64,000 nt of DNA from Adineta vaga. Its lineage: Eukaryota; Animalia; Rotifera. The stretch spans positions 8,556,001-8,620,000 of the forward strand of contig CP075496.1 of assembly GCA_021613535.1 (NCBI GenBank), written 5' to 3'. A program made the position numbers and the translations under genes. Positions 13,466 to 27,148 of this stretch are shown one piece after another; position 1 is the first letter of the stretch; every line of letters starts with the position of its first letter. The notes under the pieces were generated by a model. That model was not told where the DNA came from and ran no database searches. It worked only from the letters and a program-made list of their open reading frames with translations.

Positions 13466-13730
13466 TGTGTCTTGATTTGTTTTTTTATTTACTTGACGAG
13501 AATGTAATGATATGATATGAATTCAATTACTGTCGGTTCTATATATATGTCCATGTAATGAACAACATTTTAAACCAATCGAATAACAACACTAGTGATT
13601 GGTCGTTCAACAGGCACATAAACGATAGGAATATGCACGTGTATATAAATAGAAGAATTGAAGAAAAAAAAGAAATATTCCAATTCTTTCTGTCTCTTTC
13701 TCTCAATAGCATTCATCGTTATTACTCAAC
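13466..13730. promoter_or_regulatory. Divergent H2A/H2B promoter region
   Basis: 265-bp head-to-head spacer with TATA-like tracts near 13540 and 13642 and oppositely oriented CCAAT boxes (CCAAT near 13575, ATTGG near 13598). Confidence 0.7.
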
Positions 13731-14114
13731 ATGCCACCAAAAACTCCATCAAAAGGTTCAAAAAAAGCTGTTACAAAAACAACCAAAGGCTCATCTGGTG
13801 CCAAAGGTTCTGAGAAAAAAACACGTCGTAGACGAAAAGAAACCTACTCAATTTATATCTACAAAGTACTTAAACAGGTTCATCCAGATACAGGTATTTC
13901 ATCGAAAGCAATGTCAATTATGAATTCATTTGTTAATGATATTTTTGAACGTATCGCTGCTGAATCAAGTCGTTTATCTCATTACAATAAACGATCAACA
14001 ATTAGCAGTCGAGAAATTCAAACAGCTGTTCGACTTTTATTACCTGGCGAACTTGCTAAACATGCTGTATCGGAAGGTACAAAAGCTGTTACAAAATATA
14101 CAAGTGCTAAATAA
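13731..14114 (+). CDS. H2B: Histone H2B
   Basis: [42 protein letters not shown]...[21 protein letters not shown]; intronless. Confidence 0.99.
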   Translation: MPPKTPSKGSKKAVTKTTKGSSGAKGSEKKTRRRRKETYSIYIYKVLKQVHPDTGISSKAMSIMNSFVNDIFERIAAESSRLSHYNKRSTISSREIQTAVRLLLPGELAKHAVSEGTKAVTKYTSAK

Positions 14115-14156
14115 AAAAATTCAATAAGAAAATAATTCAATTATATAAACCCAAAC

Positions 14157-14172
14157 AGCCCTTTTTAGGGCT
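14157..14172 (+). promoter_or_regulatory. Histone 3' UTR stem-loop of H2B
   Basis: AGCCCT-TTTT-AGGGCT preceded by AAACCCAAAC. Confidence 0.92.
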
Positions 14173-14867
14173 AATCATATTTTAAATTCAAAAATGTTGA
14201 TATTCGAGTTCTACACATTTCAATTGAAGAAGAGAAACTTTCTTTTGAAGTTTTGATTGTTTTTATATATAATGATAAACCTCTCGATGTAACAAATTTG
14301 AAAATCATATGATAAGAATGTCGAGTAAAAGTGCTGTCATATTCAACAATCGAAATTGTTAAATCTAATATTACTTGAGAATTGACAGTCAGCATCTATG
14401 TAAATGTTGATGGCGTGCCTATTCAAGGAGTTTAGAATGATATTTTTTGACTTCTGGTTTTGCGTTCGAAGAGCATGCAACGATTATTCTCTAAAGAATT
14501 TCACAAATTTGATCAATATCAGTGGAATTGGAATTATAGTTAAATTCTCAATGAAAAACTATGAATCGATTCGTATCGATGATTTCATGACATTTGAATA
14601 ATTCTATGATATGATATTAGCATCACTCTTGAAAGAGAGAAAATATTTTTATGCGTTCTGACATGATATGCTGTCATATACATTCGTTACATATGATCGT
14701 TTGCACTTAAACAGCTGATTGTTCCTTTTCTCCATTTCTATTGGCCACAAATATGTTTCGTTAATCGACCAACGGATGGATGCTTATGGCATCCCTATAA
14801 AATGAATGTTGACAGTTCCTAACGTTCATATCTTCTATTTCAACAAAGAAAATTTATCAATAAATAA

Positions 14868-15182
<315 letters not shown>

Positions 15183-15225
15183 ATTTCATCAACAACATAC
15201 AAAGAAAATACAAAAATACCCAAAC

Positions 15226-15241
15226 AGCCCTCTTTAGGGCT
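15226..15241 (+). promoter_or_regulatory. Histone 3' UTR stem-loop of H4
   Basis: AGCCCT-CTTT-AGGGCT preceded by ATACCCAAAC. Confidence 0.92.
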
Positions 15242-15305
15242 AGAAAACATTTATTTTTCTATATTCAAAAATGATGGACTCCGGTATAGAAAACAAACAT
15301 AACAG

Positions 15306-16487
15306 CTAGTTTTTTGCTGCACATACTGCATAATTGATTGCTTTATTTGTTGACCAAGACCATCGATTTGTAATTGGATTGTACAACATTCCATTGTTGA
15401 GAAGAACAGAAAAGCCATCTAATGCAATTCAATAAAACAATATGGATAAATTCGATTGACGAAGAATTTTTTATTTACTTTTTTCAAACAATACGAGTAA
15501 ATCAGATGGACGAATGAATTTGTTCCATGAATGAGTACCTGCTGGAACTATTCGAAGAATATATTCCGCAGCGATAATACCAAACAAATAAGAAGCCATT
15601 GTTTGATTTAATGTTGTGATAAAACAGAGACCTTTAGGCTAAAATCAAAATCATATATCAATATACAGTTTCATATAAAGCTACAAATAGAGTGTCTCGA
15701 GAAAGATTAACAAAGTAGAATCAATTGAACTATTAGACAGAAGGTTTTCGTCATACTTTTAATAATTTTCCAATATTTCCAATGAAACTATCAACATCAT
15801 TGATATGTTCAATAACTTCCGATGCAATAATAGCATCATATTTTTCAATATGTTCAACGTTTTCACATAATTCTTCAAGTGTCACTAAACTAACGAAAAG
15901 AAATCGATGAAAACAACCAAGAATTTATAACAAGTAATAGAACAAACCATGTTTATAATTTAAATTATGTTTCAAAGCAGGTTCAGTATGATATTGAGCT
16001 GTAGAAATATTTTCTGAAACAGCATCAATTCCTAATACTGATGCACCAAGTCGTGCCAATGGCTATAAATAATAAATAGAAAAGAAAGTTTACAAGAAGT
16101 TCTTTTTTTTGTCATATGTATATGAACAAACTTCACTGAGAATTCCACCACCACAACCAATATCAAGTAATTGTAAACCGTTTAGCGGTTTCCGAGAATC
16201 ATTTGTTTTAGTTGATGATTGAAGAAGTTGTTCACGAATAAATGGTATACGAAGTTGATTCAGTGAATGTAATGCAGCATATTCTCCTGTTTCATTCCAC
16301 CAAGATGATGATAATTGACGAAATCGATTAATTTCATCGGGATCGACAGAACTTCGAACAGATAATTGACGAGATAAGAAAGTAATTGTCCTGGAAAATA
16401 TTAAAAATAATTAACCAATAGAATGAGAAAAAAGATTTACCTAAATCGAGAAATCATTGAAAAGGAAGATCGATATAAACTAGACAT
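15306..16487 (-). CDS. COQ3: Ubiquinone biosynthesis O-methyltransferase, multi-exon (absent from the ORF track)
   Basis: Manual translation gives SSVDPDEINRFRQLSSSWWNETGEYAALHSLNQLRIPFI, LLDIGCGGGILSE|PLARLGASVLGID, YDAIIASEVIEH, AAEYILRIVPAGTHSWNKFI and GMLYNP...INYAVCAAKN*. Confidence 0.93.
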
Positions 16488-16976
16488 TTTGAAAGAATTT
16501 TCGTGCTTGTTGAATATTTTCAGTTATAATAGAATCAGTCACTCACTCGATGTCTTGAAATATCATTGGTTAAAATAGTTAAGTATTATATTATTCGTCC
16601 GCTAGAGGTCTTGACTATACGCTAAAGATAAATCTTTCAACAAGCTGAGGTACTATCGTTATCATTATTGATTTTCGAAAACTGAACAATTTCATCATAA
16701 CAAGCATGAATTATCTGTTCTATTTAAATTAATTTGTTTTCCCCGTAGTATTCACTATTTTGAGAAATAGAATTTTATTAAAGATTTCAACTCTATTTAT
16801 GAAAACTTGAATGTATTTTAGAGGTAGATAAGCATCCGAGATACATTCGAAGTCTTCAGTCATGGAGCTTTTTCAAAGTAGTATAGATTTATTTTTTTGT
16901 ATTCTCGATATATCATAGTAGTAAGGCGCCAATTGAATTTCTTCAATTATTCTCATTTGTAATCACAACTTCCTTA

Positions 16977-18715
16977 ATGTTTCATATAATTTCTATTTAT
17001 CATTATCATCTTCAGTTTCTCAGTTTTTTCCATATTTTTCTAATCTATTGTTCGGTGGAAGCTAAATTAAAATTTGTTTTTCTTAATGGTTACAATGTAA
17101 TTCGTTGTTCGGATAATCAAGTTCAAGTATATAATACTGATGGTGAAGTCTTAAGTCATATTTTAACATGTGATAACAAAGATGATATTACGGATAATAT
17201 GAATTTTGGTTATAGATGGAATGAACTGGAACTTTTGTGTTCAGAAGACAATGCTAAAGTGCACGAGGAACAAATTATTGAACAAGTTCATGATGGTGAC
17301 GATTCGGAATGGTTTCCTGATGATGTACAAGCCAGTTTAGATAAATCAGAAAAATTATATGGTTTAAAAGTTGACAAAGTCGAGGAAGAGGACTCTACAG
17401 CAAATGTTGAATATAAAATGATATTTAATGGACAAGCAGCAAATGATAAATACTTTACTAAATACGATAAGACACAACGAAAAAGAATATTCATATCATT
17501 TCGAAATCACGGTGTTATTTGTCAAATAGAAATTCTCAGTGAAAGATCCAATCCATGTCCTACCAACGATCCAACTGATATTCACTCTCAATATTCTTGT
17601 TACTATAATCCTGGTGGTAAGCAACCAACAAGACAAGAGATGGCAGCTGAATTTAGACAAATAGAAAAAGCCGTAAAACCAGATGGAAAAGAAGCATATG
17701 TGTTAAATCTAAAAAGACCGGTAAGTATATAAAATTGATTCAAATACTTGCATCCGTTATCAGAATGGTTTCTACTGTGATAAATAAAAGTATATTCACA
17801 TTTTACATTGAGCTAAATTTTATCAAATGAGCTATAACCAGAAGTATGACATAAACGTTAGATGATCAACATCAATGATACTCATCAGATACAAATAAAA
17901 GTAGTTGTTCTAGAATTACTATTCAATTCTTAGTTACATCGTTCATATAGAAGCAAACTGAAAAATTTGTCTATCGGCTAATTGTTTTTATTCATAATCT
18001 AAATTATATAAATATAGTGGCTTAGAAAGAAATTTAAAATTTTTTTTAAATACAATAGAACCTATGGAGCTCTCAAAGTTAACATATCAAATCGATTTTT
18101 TCCTCAATAGTAGAACTTCGTAGTTAGAATAAATTTAGATCGCATAACGATTGAATTATTAAACAAATAGAACCACTGGTAAAAAATCAAGTTATTTTCT
18201 TTCAGAATTTAGATGCCTCTGAATCAAGTAATTCAGATGGGAGTGATGATGATGATGTTAGTTCAGGTGAAACTAATTCTGGTACAGCTTCAAATAGAGG
18301 ATCTAATTCAAGCAATAAAAATGGTGGACCAAAGTCTCCAGGAAAAAATACTGGTGGTCCTCCATCACCGGCAGCGAAAAGAAAAACAAATCCATTGAAA
18401 ATTTTTGGAATTGTCGTTGGAATACTCCTATTACTTTCCGTTATTGGCGGTATTGGCTTTTATATGTTTCGGCAACATCGTTTAAAGATGTCTATATCAA
18501 CATCATCAAGTAATCTAGGAGATGGTTATAATAAACATTCAAGCACTCTGGGACCAAGTGAAAGTCAACAATCAATATCAACAAATGATAAGAATACGGA
18601 AATATCTACGAATAATCCATCACATAGAGGAAAGCCAACAGTAGAACTACAAACACATGATACTAATAAACGACAACGAACTGGAGCTAGTATGGTTTTT
18701 AATGAAGATATGTAG
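16977..18715 (+). CDS. Orphan type I membrane protein (about 417 aa); exons 16977-17720 and 18206-18715
   Basis: Hydrophobic N-terminus, Cys-containing ectodomain, Ser/Gly/Asp-rich stalk, TM IFGIVVGILLLLSVIGGIGFYMF followed by basic residues. A phase-0 GTAAGT...TTTCAG intron keeps the frame. Confidence 0.7.
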
Positions 18716-19818
18716 AAAATATTTCTTTTGAAGCAAATTCACGAAACGATTCTGTGAATTATTTTTCTCTAATGTTGTTGTCGATAATAAACACGAAAAG
18801 TTTTTATTTCCATTCTATTCATCAAAATATCAATTTTAATAAGATCTATTCATATAGAATTATGATATGCTTGTGTAAAATACTGAGATCAATATTCTAC
18901 AGTCAAATAAGTATGCGACATTATAGGTAAGATAATTATCGATTTTGTTTACCAAACGTAAAATCTCAGAATACTATTATTATTATCCACATGTTCTTCT
19001 TCGAATATTTAAATTTGTTTTTATACTCGACTTCTCAAAATGAATTTCAATTGATGCTCTTAATTTTCTGTTTGATCATATTCGACTAAGTACAAATTTC
19101 GTTTGCTTGATTCTTGGTTCAATTAGATTTTTTTGGCAATGCTTTTACATTCTTCAACAGAATTTTCATTCGAATTCTTGCTGTATTCATACACTGTCCA
19201 GTTCCATTATTGATATTATATTCAAAGATACTCTTCTAGAAATTGTCTTTTAGTATGATTGATCTTAAAGTAGTATAGGTTTCATGAATCAATTTTTAGT
19301 TGTGATTCTTTCACAAGTTTCAGGCACAGTTGTATATTTCTTACAATGAATGATTTTACAAATTATATTCGGTAGAATGTCGATAGAACAACTAAAATCG
19401 AAGAATTAATTTCAGACAGTATGATTTTTGCATGCATTTGATAATTTCTACAAATAAAAACTATATCAATAAACATTTACCAAAGAATGAAACATTCACA
19501 TCATTTCTTCAGTTTTATTTTCTCTAACTAATTGTCATTCGAACTTCTTATCATTATTGATATTATGAAAAGCAAATATTATTCTGCTAAATTCCGATAT
19601 TAATGAATAATCAAAACAACATTTGGTTATTTTCACATTTGCATCATTTATCAAATATTGAATATATATAAAGCCGATGGCTTTTCACTATCTATATTGA
19701 TAATATCGAATTATAATCAAGGACACCATTTGGTTTAATAGTTTAAGAAAAGTACCGAGGTAAAATTATAACGTTTATTCTATACAAATTCAATAAATTT
19801 ATTTTTATTATAGAAATC

Positions 19819-20163
19819 ATGCAATATTTATTCGTTCTCTCATGTTTATTAGCTGTTTGTTTAACTGTTAGTTATGGTCAAGCTCGTTCTTCATCTGCCA
19901 CTGGTCGATCAACAGGTGTTCCAGCAACAACAGGTCGCCCAGGAACAACCAATCGTCCAATTAGTACAACTTCAGGCAATACATTAACCTGTGTTTGTTC
20001 ATGTTGTTCAGGTCTTCGATGCAAACCAGTTGCTCTTCAATCATTCGCTGATGCTACATGTACAACAAAAGCATGCAAAGAAAAATGTAAAATTTTCGAA
20101 CCAAAACATTGTGATCATACATTTATGGGCACAAATGATGCTTTCTGCACTGTTAAACTTTAA
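19819..20163 (+). CDS. Small secreted protein with Thr/Gly-rich linker and a 10-Cys domain
   Basis: Signal peptide MQYLFVLSCLLAVCLTVSYG; CVCSCC...C...C...C...C...C...C; TATA box near 19663 and likely 5' UTR intron 19760-19813. Confidence 0.8.
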   Translation: MQYLFVLSCLLAVCLTVSYGQARSSSATGRSTGVPATTGRPGTTNRPISTTSGNTLTCVCSCCSGLRCKPVALQSFADATCTTKACKEKCKIFEPKHCDHTFMGTNDAFCTVKL

Positions 20164-21184
20164 AGAAATCTATTTTATCCATTGAAAGGGATTGTTTTCA
20201 GAAAGATATCAATGAGTTATTTCAAATAAAGGAGAAATTAGTCACACAATTGATTTGTAAATGTTCAAAGTAACATGATCAATAATCTTGTATTTGTTAG
20301 AATGCAGTTTTTGTCTTTATCCTGGAAAAATATCAAATCGAAATATTTATCCTTTTCTTTTTCTCAAAGAATAACGTGATAACGATTCACTCGTATTGAA
20401 ACGAGGGGATTTAATTGAAATAATCGATAAGTTACTTTTCTTGAAAATCTTCATGATAGATCGAGTATAAAGACAAATACTATCGTAAATCAAGTACAAA
20501 CTTATTTTCTAGAATCTTCATAACGATACAATTCGGGAGAATTTTTCTTATCTTTGAAAAGTATAGATTTTTCTCGATCTTTGTAAGAAATACAGCGATC
20601 ATTTAATAAACGAGTAAAACAAAGATCACTACCATTGAGATAAGTAAATATATGGAAAAAGAGCTCATGGGGCAATATAATTGAAGTAGGGAAATGTTTT
20701 GTCAGGTATACATGTTAATAAGATCACTTCTATGAGTAAATTCATTAAATTTTTATTGTTGAACTGCGTAAATCTGAACTTGAGACAGTAGAAAATTCCT
20801 TTTCTTTTCAAGAAAATTATAATATATAGATCTCGATCAATAAGTTTGGTGGCACCACACCCTCTACATTAGACAGCATGATTAGCTTAATGAAAAGACA
20901 AACAGTATGTTTATAAGCATGCAAATAAAACATTTTTTCTCTTTTTTATATACTATTAAATCTCGATTCGAAAATGCTATGTATACAATAGATTTCAATT
21001 TAAATGTCGTTCTTTTTCTTATCAACACATGTGAATATAGTATCTGTAATACTGATGTAAAGAAAAGATAATTTACGCGTCTGTCAATTTTGATATATTT
21101 ATTATAACATACGTATATGAATAGTAGGAGAAAAAAAGAAAAACGTCATTTTATATTCGTTTTATCTTCGAAATCATATTAAAA

Positions 21185-21391
21185 ATGGCTGATCTAACAA
21201 ATGCTCTCAAGGCTGAACTGGGTGTGAAAAGTGATGAACATCCTAAACACCATCATCACCATGATAAAATTATTGTACCAAGTCAAGAAGCAAAAGAAGA
21301 TGTTACTCATACATTGCAATCTCAACTCGGCCATGGTAAAGAAGTTGATGTAGAAATTCAACAAGAAAAACATCCAACTAATAATAAATGA
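21185..21391 (+). CDS. Small hydrophilic His-rich protein (68 aa)
   Basis: AAAATGG start context, coding-like composition, AATAAA at 21431; internal repeat DLTNALKAELG / DVTHTLQSQLG. Confidence 0.65.
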   Translation: MADLTNALKAELGVKSDEHPKHHHHHDKIIVPSQEAKEDVTHTLQSQLGHGKEVDVEIQQEKHPTNNK

Positions 21392-22395
21392 TCCAATTCG
21401 TTTTTTTTGTTTTTGAATATTAACTGATATAATAAAAACTCGTATTAAATGTATATAAATAATGTTGTTTGTTGTCTTTTTGCGATAAACTTTCTAATAG
21501 AACGATAACATATTCTATTTTTATTTTGTAGAGAGACAAATGCGATTGTCGATCAATTAGTGATACTTGACGACGAGAGAATATGTGTTAATCGACTATG
21601 AATATTTGCAATGTTGATTGTTATATGAGAAATAAAAGGAAGTGAAATATGTCAATGATGAATACTATAGAATATAAAAGAAACATAATAATGATCGTAT
21701 TCGAAATTTCAATACAAAATAGTAATTATGTGAATAGAATATATCAAATTAGTACTTATTCACATTAGAAGTATGTCATTCATCAGGAAACATAGATGCT
21801 AAGCTTACAATATTACAACAGTATGTCAAATGTATTTATTGAACGTTGAAAAAAATGTACTAAAAAACGATTATATTCTTTACCATTTATGTCGTGACAT
21901 ATTATTCTGACTGAAAATAGAGTTATCTATTTCTAGAAATAACTCTACATCATTCTATTCAGTAAAATCTCCGAAGACATGACTAATAAATTTCCGTCAT
22001 CGTTAAATATGAAAAGACAAAATCGGATTCTTTTATCTTGTCTTCATGCGATATTTACCTAATAAAGTTTTCTCGAGTCAGATCAGATCATTCGAATCTT
22101 AATTTTATTATTATTCTTCATTGATGACAAAAACGAAATTTGTCGTTTAATCTTAGTATACAAATTGCCGAAAGAAAAAAAATGCTGATAGTCACTGTAA
22201 AAGAAAACTAAGAATCAATCTTAGACACATGCATACATATACACTGAGAGAGAGAGAGAAAAAGAAAGAAAAAGATTGACAATAAATGACTAGAATGAAA
22301 GGACAATGTTAACATAGATGAATGAACTTGCATTCGAAAGGCAAGTGATCAACACTTGATCAGATAAGAAAAACAACATCATCGTATGATGACGA

Positions 22396-25300
22396 CTAGC
22401 GAAAATTAGTCATTTCATAATGGGCAAATCGCTCGTCATCACAAACAGGTGCAGAAGTAACTGCTTGTGATGGCATTGTTTGTCGATAGTAATCTGAAGT
22501 AGTTGCAGATGGTCGTCGTTGACTAAGGTTTCCACCGAGACCTGCTGCACCGTACCGATTGATTGGCATTGGTGATTGAGTGAGATCATTTAACAATGGT
22601 GATGAAGGAAGAAGACGTGTCGTTGTTGTGACAATAGGTGCTGATGATCCAGATGGATGTGTTTGTGGCATATGAGCAATAAGTGATGCTGTTGGACGTG
22701 GTGGTACATGTGTCGTATCATGTGTTAAATCATTTTTTTCATCCAATTTCGGATGTGTAGCATTCCAATATGAATCCAAGAAAATACCTAAACTATTACA
22801 AGCATCTTCTAATTGATTTTGTTCTAAGACCAGATCAAACATATCCTAAAATATAGAATAGTAACAAGTCAAAATATCTTCTCTATATCCTATTCAACAT
22901 ACAACAGGACATTGTGTTAGTTTATCAGCAGCAACTAATTGAACATTTAAATTTCGATGTTGACTTTTACCACGTGATTTTATTAATTTTTGTAAAACTT
23001 TTGGTGATGATACTTTAAGATAGATTATAATTGGTGCTAAAGAAGTTTTCTGCAATTGAGCCGGATGATTTATTGTATCACAATCAAGAACAACTAATTG
23101 TAGACTTCGTGCTAATTCAAATATTCGTTCAATTTCATCATGTACTTCTTTAATACCAGTTGCACGAGAACTCATTGGACTCATACCGCCTGCTCCTAAT
23201 GGAGAATTAATTCCACCGCCAGCTCCACTACGTTCGATAAGCGCAATTTTTGATGGATTATTTAGAAGACCACGTTTCGCCAAAGATATGTCAGCTGTAA
23301 CACGTGTGATTATTATTCGTCCTTCATAACGATGTTTCAGAAAGTCAAAAACAGCTTTTTGCATCATATCGGTGACGTCATATCCTTTCAAAGACGGGCC
23401 AACAAGGACAACAGGACGCATATTAGGTACAACATCATATGGAGTGATGTTAACAGTCTATAATAAAAATAAAAGAACGAAAGAGTATGCGAAAAATTTA
23501 TGTTTATGTTAAAATACTTTTTTGAAAAAGTTTTTCTTTTTATCTTTATTTGTATTAATATTTAATCTTGATTTAGTGAGACTATTATTATCACCATCAA
23601 AATCATTCCCTAGTAGATCATCACCGAATCCTGGCATAGCTTGATCAATAATATCTAGGCCTAAAGAGGAACGTAAATGAGAGTTTTTTTTTTAAATTAG
23701 AAAAGCGTTCTTTTCTGAAAATTACTTTGAGTAGATGCTTTTATCCGTGGTATTGTATTTGCTAATGATTGTGACGGATTTTTATTCTTACGATTTGCAT
23801 TTATACGTATTAATTCTAATTTTGCTGGACTTGGAATAAAACCCAGTGGAGCATCAACTTTAACTAATCGACCAATCCACCAATCATTATTAAATTTCTA
23901 AAAGAAGAAAAACAGAATGATTAAAATCATTCACACATGAATTTTTTTTTCTTACGTCTTTTATATGAAGAAATTCTTTGATCCCAAAAGGAAGTGCTGC
24001 TTTTGGAATAGGGCAAAGATCATCGGATGCGGGTATATAATCAATATTTGTTCGTACAGCAAATGCAACTGGCTTCGTTTTACATCGTTCAAGTGCTTCA
24101 AGTGCTGTACGTGTTTGATCACGAGGTTTAACAGGAGGTGTTAAACCTCCGGCAGCTGCTGCTGCGACTTCTACTGGTGTTTCGCCATCTAAACTTTCAG
24201 ATGATTGTTGACTGAAATTGGATTCAGCTGAACCCTAGATAAACATAAAGTTAAGAAACATGAAAGAAAGAGAATTTTCTAGGGAAATTTAGATGTTTTC
24301 AATACATAAGAGAATTGATCTTTAATAAATTTTTTTAGAATACACACCAATATCATACGATTGACAAGTAATGCAAAATTCATCGTTATTATAATGTCCA
24401 ACGAATCGTTCCTAGTTCCTATCTTTTGTTCTCCATCTGCTCTCTCATCAATCATTAATTCGTCAAATATATTTTTCTTTTCTTAACTTAAGTCATTACT
24501 CATCAATATCTAACTTCTTCCTTCTACGTTTGTTCTTAAATACTACGGATGATAATTAATATGATCGAAAATAAATCATTGTCGTTCGAAAAAAGACAAG
24601 TTTGATCTGGTATCTATCAAAATGTTGACGTTCTTCCTTTTTTTTCTCCTGTCCATTCATATACAATGACAAGCGATAGTCGAAAAAGACGATCTGAAGA
24701 AATACGACAATAAAGACTTACACCCGTTGTTGTTGAATAAGCACTATCTGCTGAGTATTGTTTTACATTTTTGATCGATGGTAAGAACATATTTCTTCAT
24801 ATTACATTTTAATATTAATTGAAAGAAAATTTCATCATTTTTGTATATCACTATCGTTTATCGTCTGTTAAAATGTCTAACGGAAAGAAAAAAACTAATT
24901 CTTCTCTTCCTCTTTCATTCTAACAATAGATTTTGACAATATTTTTCTTCTCTCTTCATTTTCTCTTTCTTTTCTTTTTTCTATCTCGTTTGATTATAGT
25001 AAATAGGTATCAATGGAATGTCGCGCTAAGCGACAAGAATGCAGGCGGATGTTTGTTAATTCTATACACGCACATGTAGCTGACTATAGAAAAACATCGA
25101 CATCAAATCATGAATTGACACGCATAGACAATGAGCAATACACCGTTCCACAAAATGCATTAGATTTCGCTCGTTCTACTAATTTACAACAAAGTAAACA
25201 ATCACTATTTACTTGATAAAGACAACACATTTCTACTACACTCATTTTGTACTCTGAGAACTAATGAAGAACTGTAAATTTCATTAAAGTTTTCTTTTCA

Positions 25301-26002
25301 ATTAAATAGATTACTTGAAATAAAACGTCAATAGAAAAAGTACTCACTTGACGATTGATACTGTTCGAGTCTGATGACAGACTGCTATCCTGTGTTAGTC
25401 CAACGCCACCTAATCGTGGAGAAAATTGTGGTTTCTAAAAATAAAATACATCCATCAAATTAGATCATTCATGTGAAAGGAAAAGAAATTTCACAAGCGG
25501 ATCTTTGTATTAAAAGAATTGAAACAAAAAAGTACCTAAATATAGAAAGTTCAAAGGCAAAGGACAAAGTAGAATATCAGAAAGAAGAGATGAAAATCTT
25601 TTGTAGATAATCCTTTCGAAGAATTTCAATTAATGTCATCAATTTTAAAATACACGATGAAATATGTACTTCTAGAAAAGGTCAATATTTTGAAATTAAA
25701 TCGATATTTTTACACTTTAGTCGTGTTGATTTTCCCTCCTAGTAGTTTTTATCAAATCAGCAGTTTTGAGATCAATCAATATTGACATACAAAAATAAAA
25801 CAACTTTCTCTTCTTTTTTTTCTTTTAATGAATAAATAGTGAATGAAATTTCTTAAATCAAAATTCTTACTTTGGGATGAAGTAGATCACGATGATTTCG
25901 TGGAGTTCCACTTGTTTGTAACGAATCGTTATTAGATGAACTATTCGTCGTGATTATTCCACTAGATTTTATATTGTTTGTATTGTTGGCCATTAAGATC
26001 AT
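22396..26002 (-). CDS. CACNB: Voltage-gated calcium channel beta subunit (SH3-GK), multi-exon
   Basis: [16 protein letters not shown]|[78 protein letters not shown]. Upstream exons 26002-25871 and 25434-25348 (...[10 protein letters not shown]|GSAES). Confidence 0.95.
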
Positions 26003-27148
26003 AATTTAAATTCCAAATAATCATTTTCAATATTGCATACGTTTGTAATAAGTGATTAACGAATAGAATTTGACAAGTCTTGATTGAGCTCTATTTACTT
26101 CAGATTTGTTTACATGTTCATTCATCAAGTTGTTATTCAAGAAATTTGTTCAATCAACCAATCAACAAAAAACTGACAACCTCTAGTCAGTTTTCTTCTT
26201 CTCTCTTAACAAACAGAACACATTAGTCAACGACCTCTATCGAGAACAATTCTAATCTAAAACGATCATATAGAGAATAATAAATAATAGAATTGATAAG
26301 AAAAATATTTTTATATATACTTGACAAGAAAAAATAAACCCACGCATTGAGAAGGATAATAATGACATTGATATCTTTGGATATATAACGAAGAAATATC
26401 ATACTGACAATCAAATATTAGAATAAGATTGATTCATTATAACATCAACGTGTTATGTGAATCGATCCGAGTAATGTAATTGAATAATCTAGATCTCAGT
26501 AGTTTGTTCTGAGTTTTTGTCGATACCTCGATGTTTTCAATAATCTGCTTATATATTGAATATCCGATTTGTTTTTTCGAAGTGGACTGTATATGTCTTT
26601 TTCTATTAATTCTGAATCAAAAGTTTGAAAGGATTAATACGAACGACTACAATCGTATATTTTCTGGAAAGTATACGATAAAACGATAAATGTATTTCAA
26701 TATGTGACTGTGACATTTAGTAGAAATGTTTGATCTTGAGTGAACGTGTATTTTCGATATTTTTGTGAAAGAATTCTCAGAAGAAAACGTCTTTCTTCTA
26801 AGAAGTATTCAAGTAAAATATTGATCTCTTTCATCGACTTTCCGCTATTAAAACACATCTTAATTATTTCGGAAATGAACTATTTAGCAAAAGAGCACTC
26901 GAATCGATAAAGACAGCGTGACAATTTCAAAGACTATTGAGATCCAGAACGGGTTATACTGATATATGAAATGTAGGAGAATGATTTATTGATGGTTTGA
27001 GTTTTGTATATTTATTCAATGTGCATATAGAATCCTCTAAGATATACGATGGAAAGAAACAAATTATATTGAAAAAAAAATAGCATATATATAGTAGTAG
27101 GATATATTCATTGTATTATAAACCATAGCTCTGTTAACAACCTTCATT

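Noticed and set aside
13558-14127. ORFs 13558-13923 and 13930-14127
   Set aside because: Alternative-frame shadows of H2B.
18213-18398. Met-rich 61-aa ORF
   Set aside because: Off-frame reading of the GAT (Asp) repeat in exon 2 of the 16977-18715 gene.
19000-19400. Possible decayed coding sequence on the minus strand
   Set aside because: Multiple stops and no recognisable family; cannot be supported without a search.
21910-21963. Imperfect palindrome centred on TTCTAGAA
   Set aside because: Short, AT-rich and without a TSD; compatible with chance or a very old relic.
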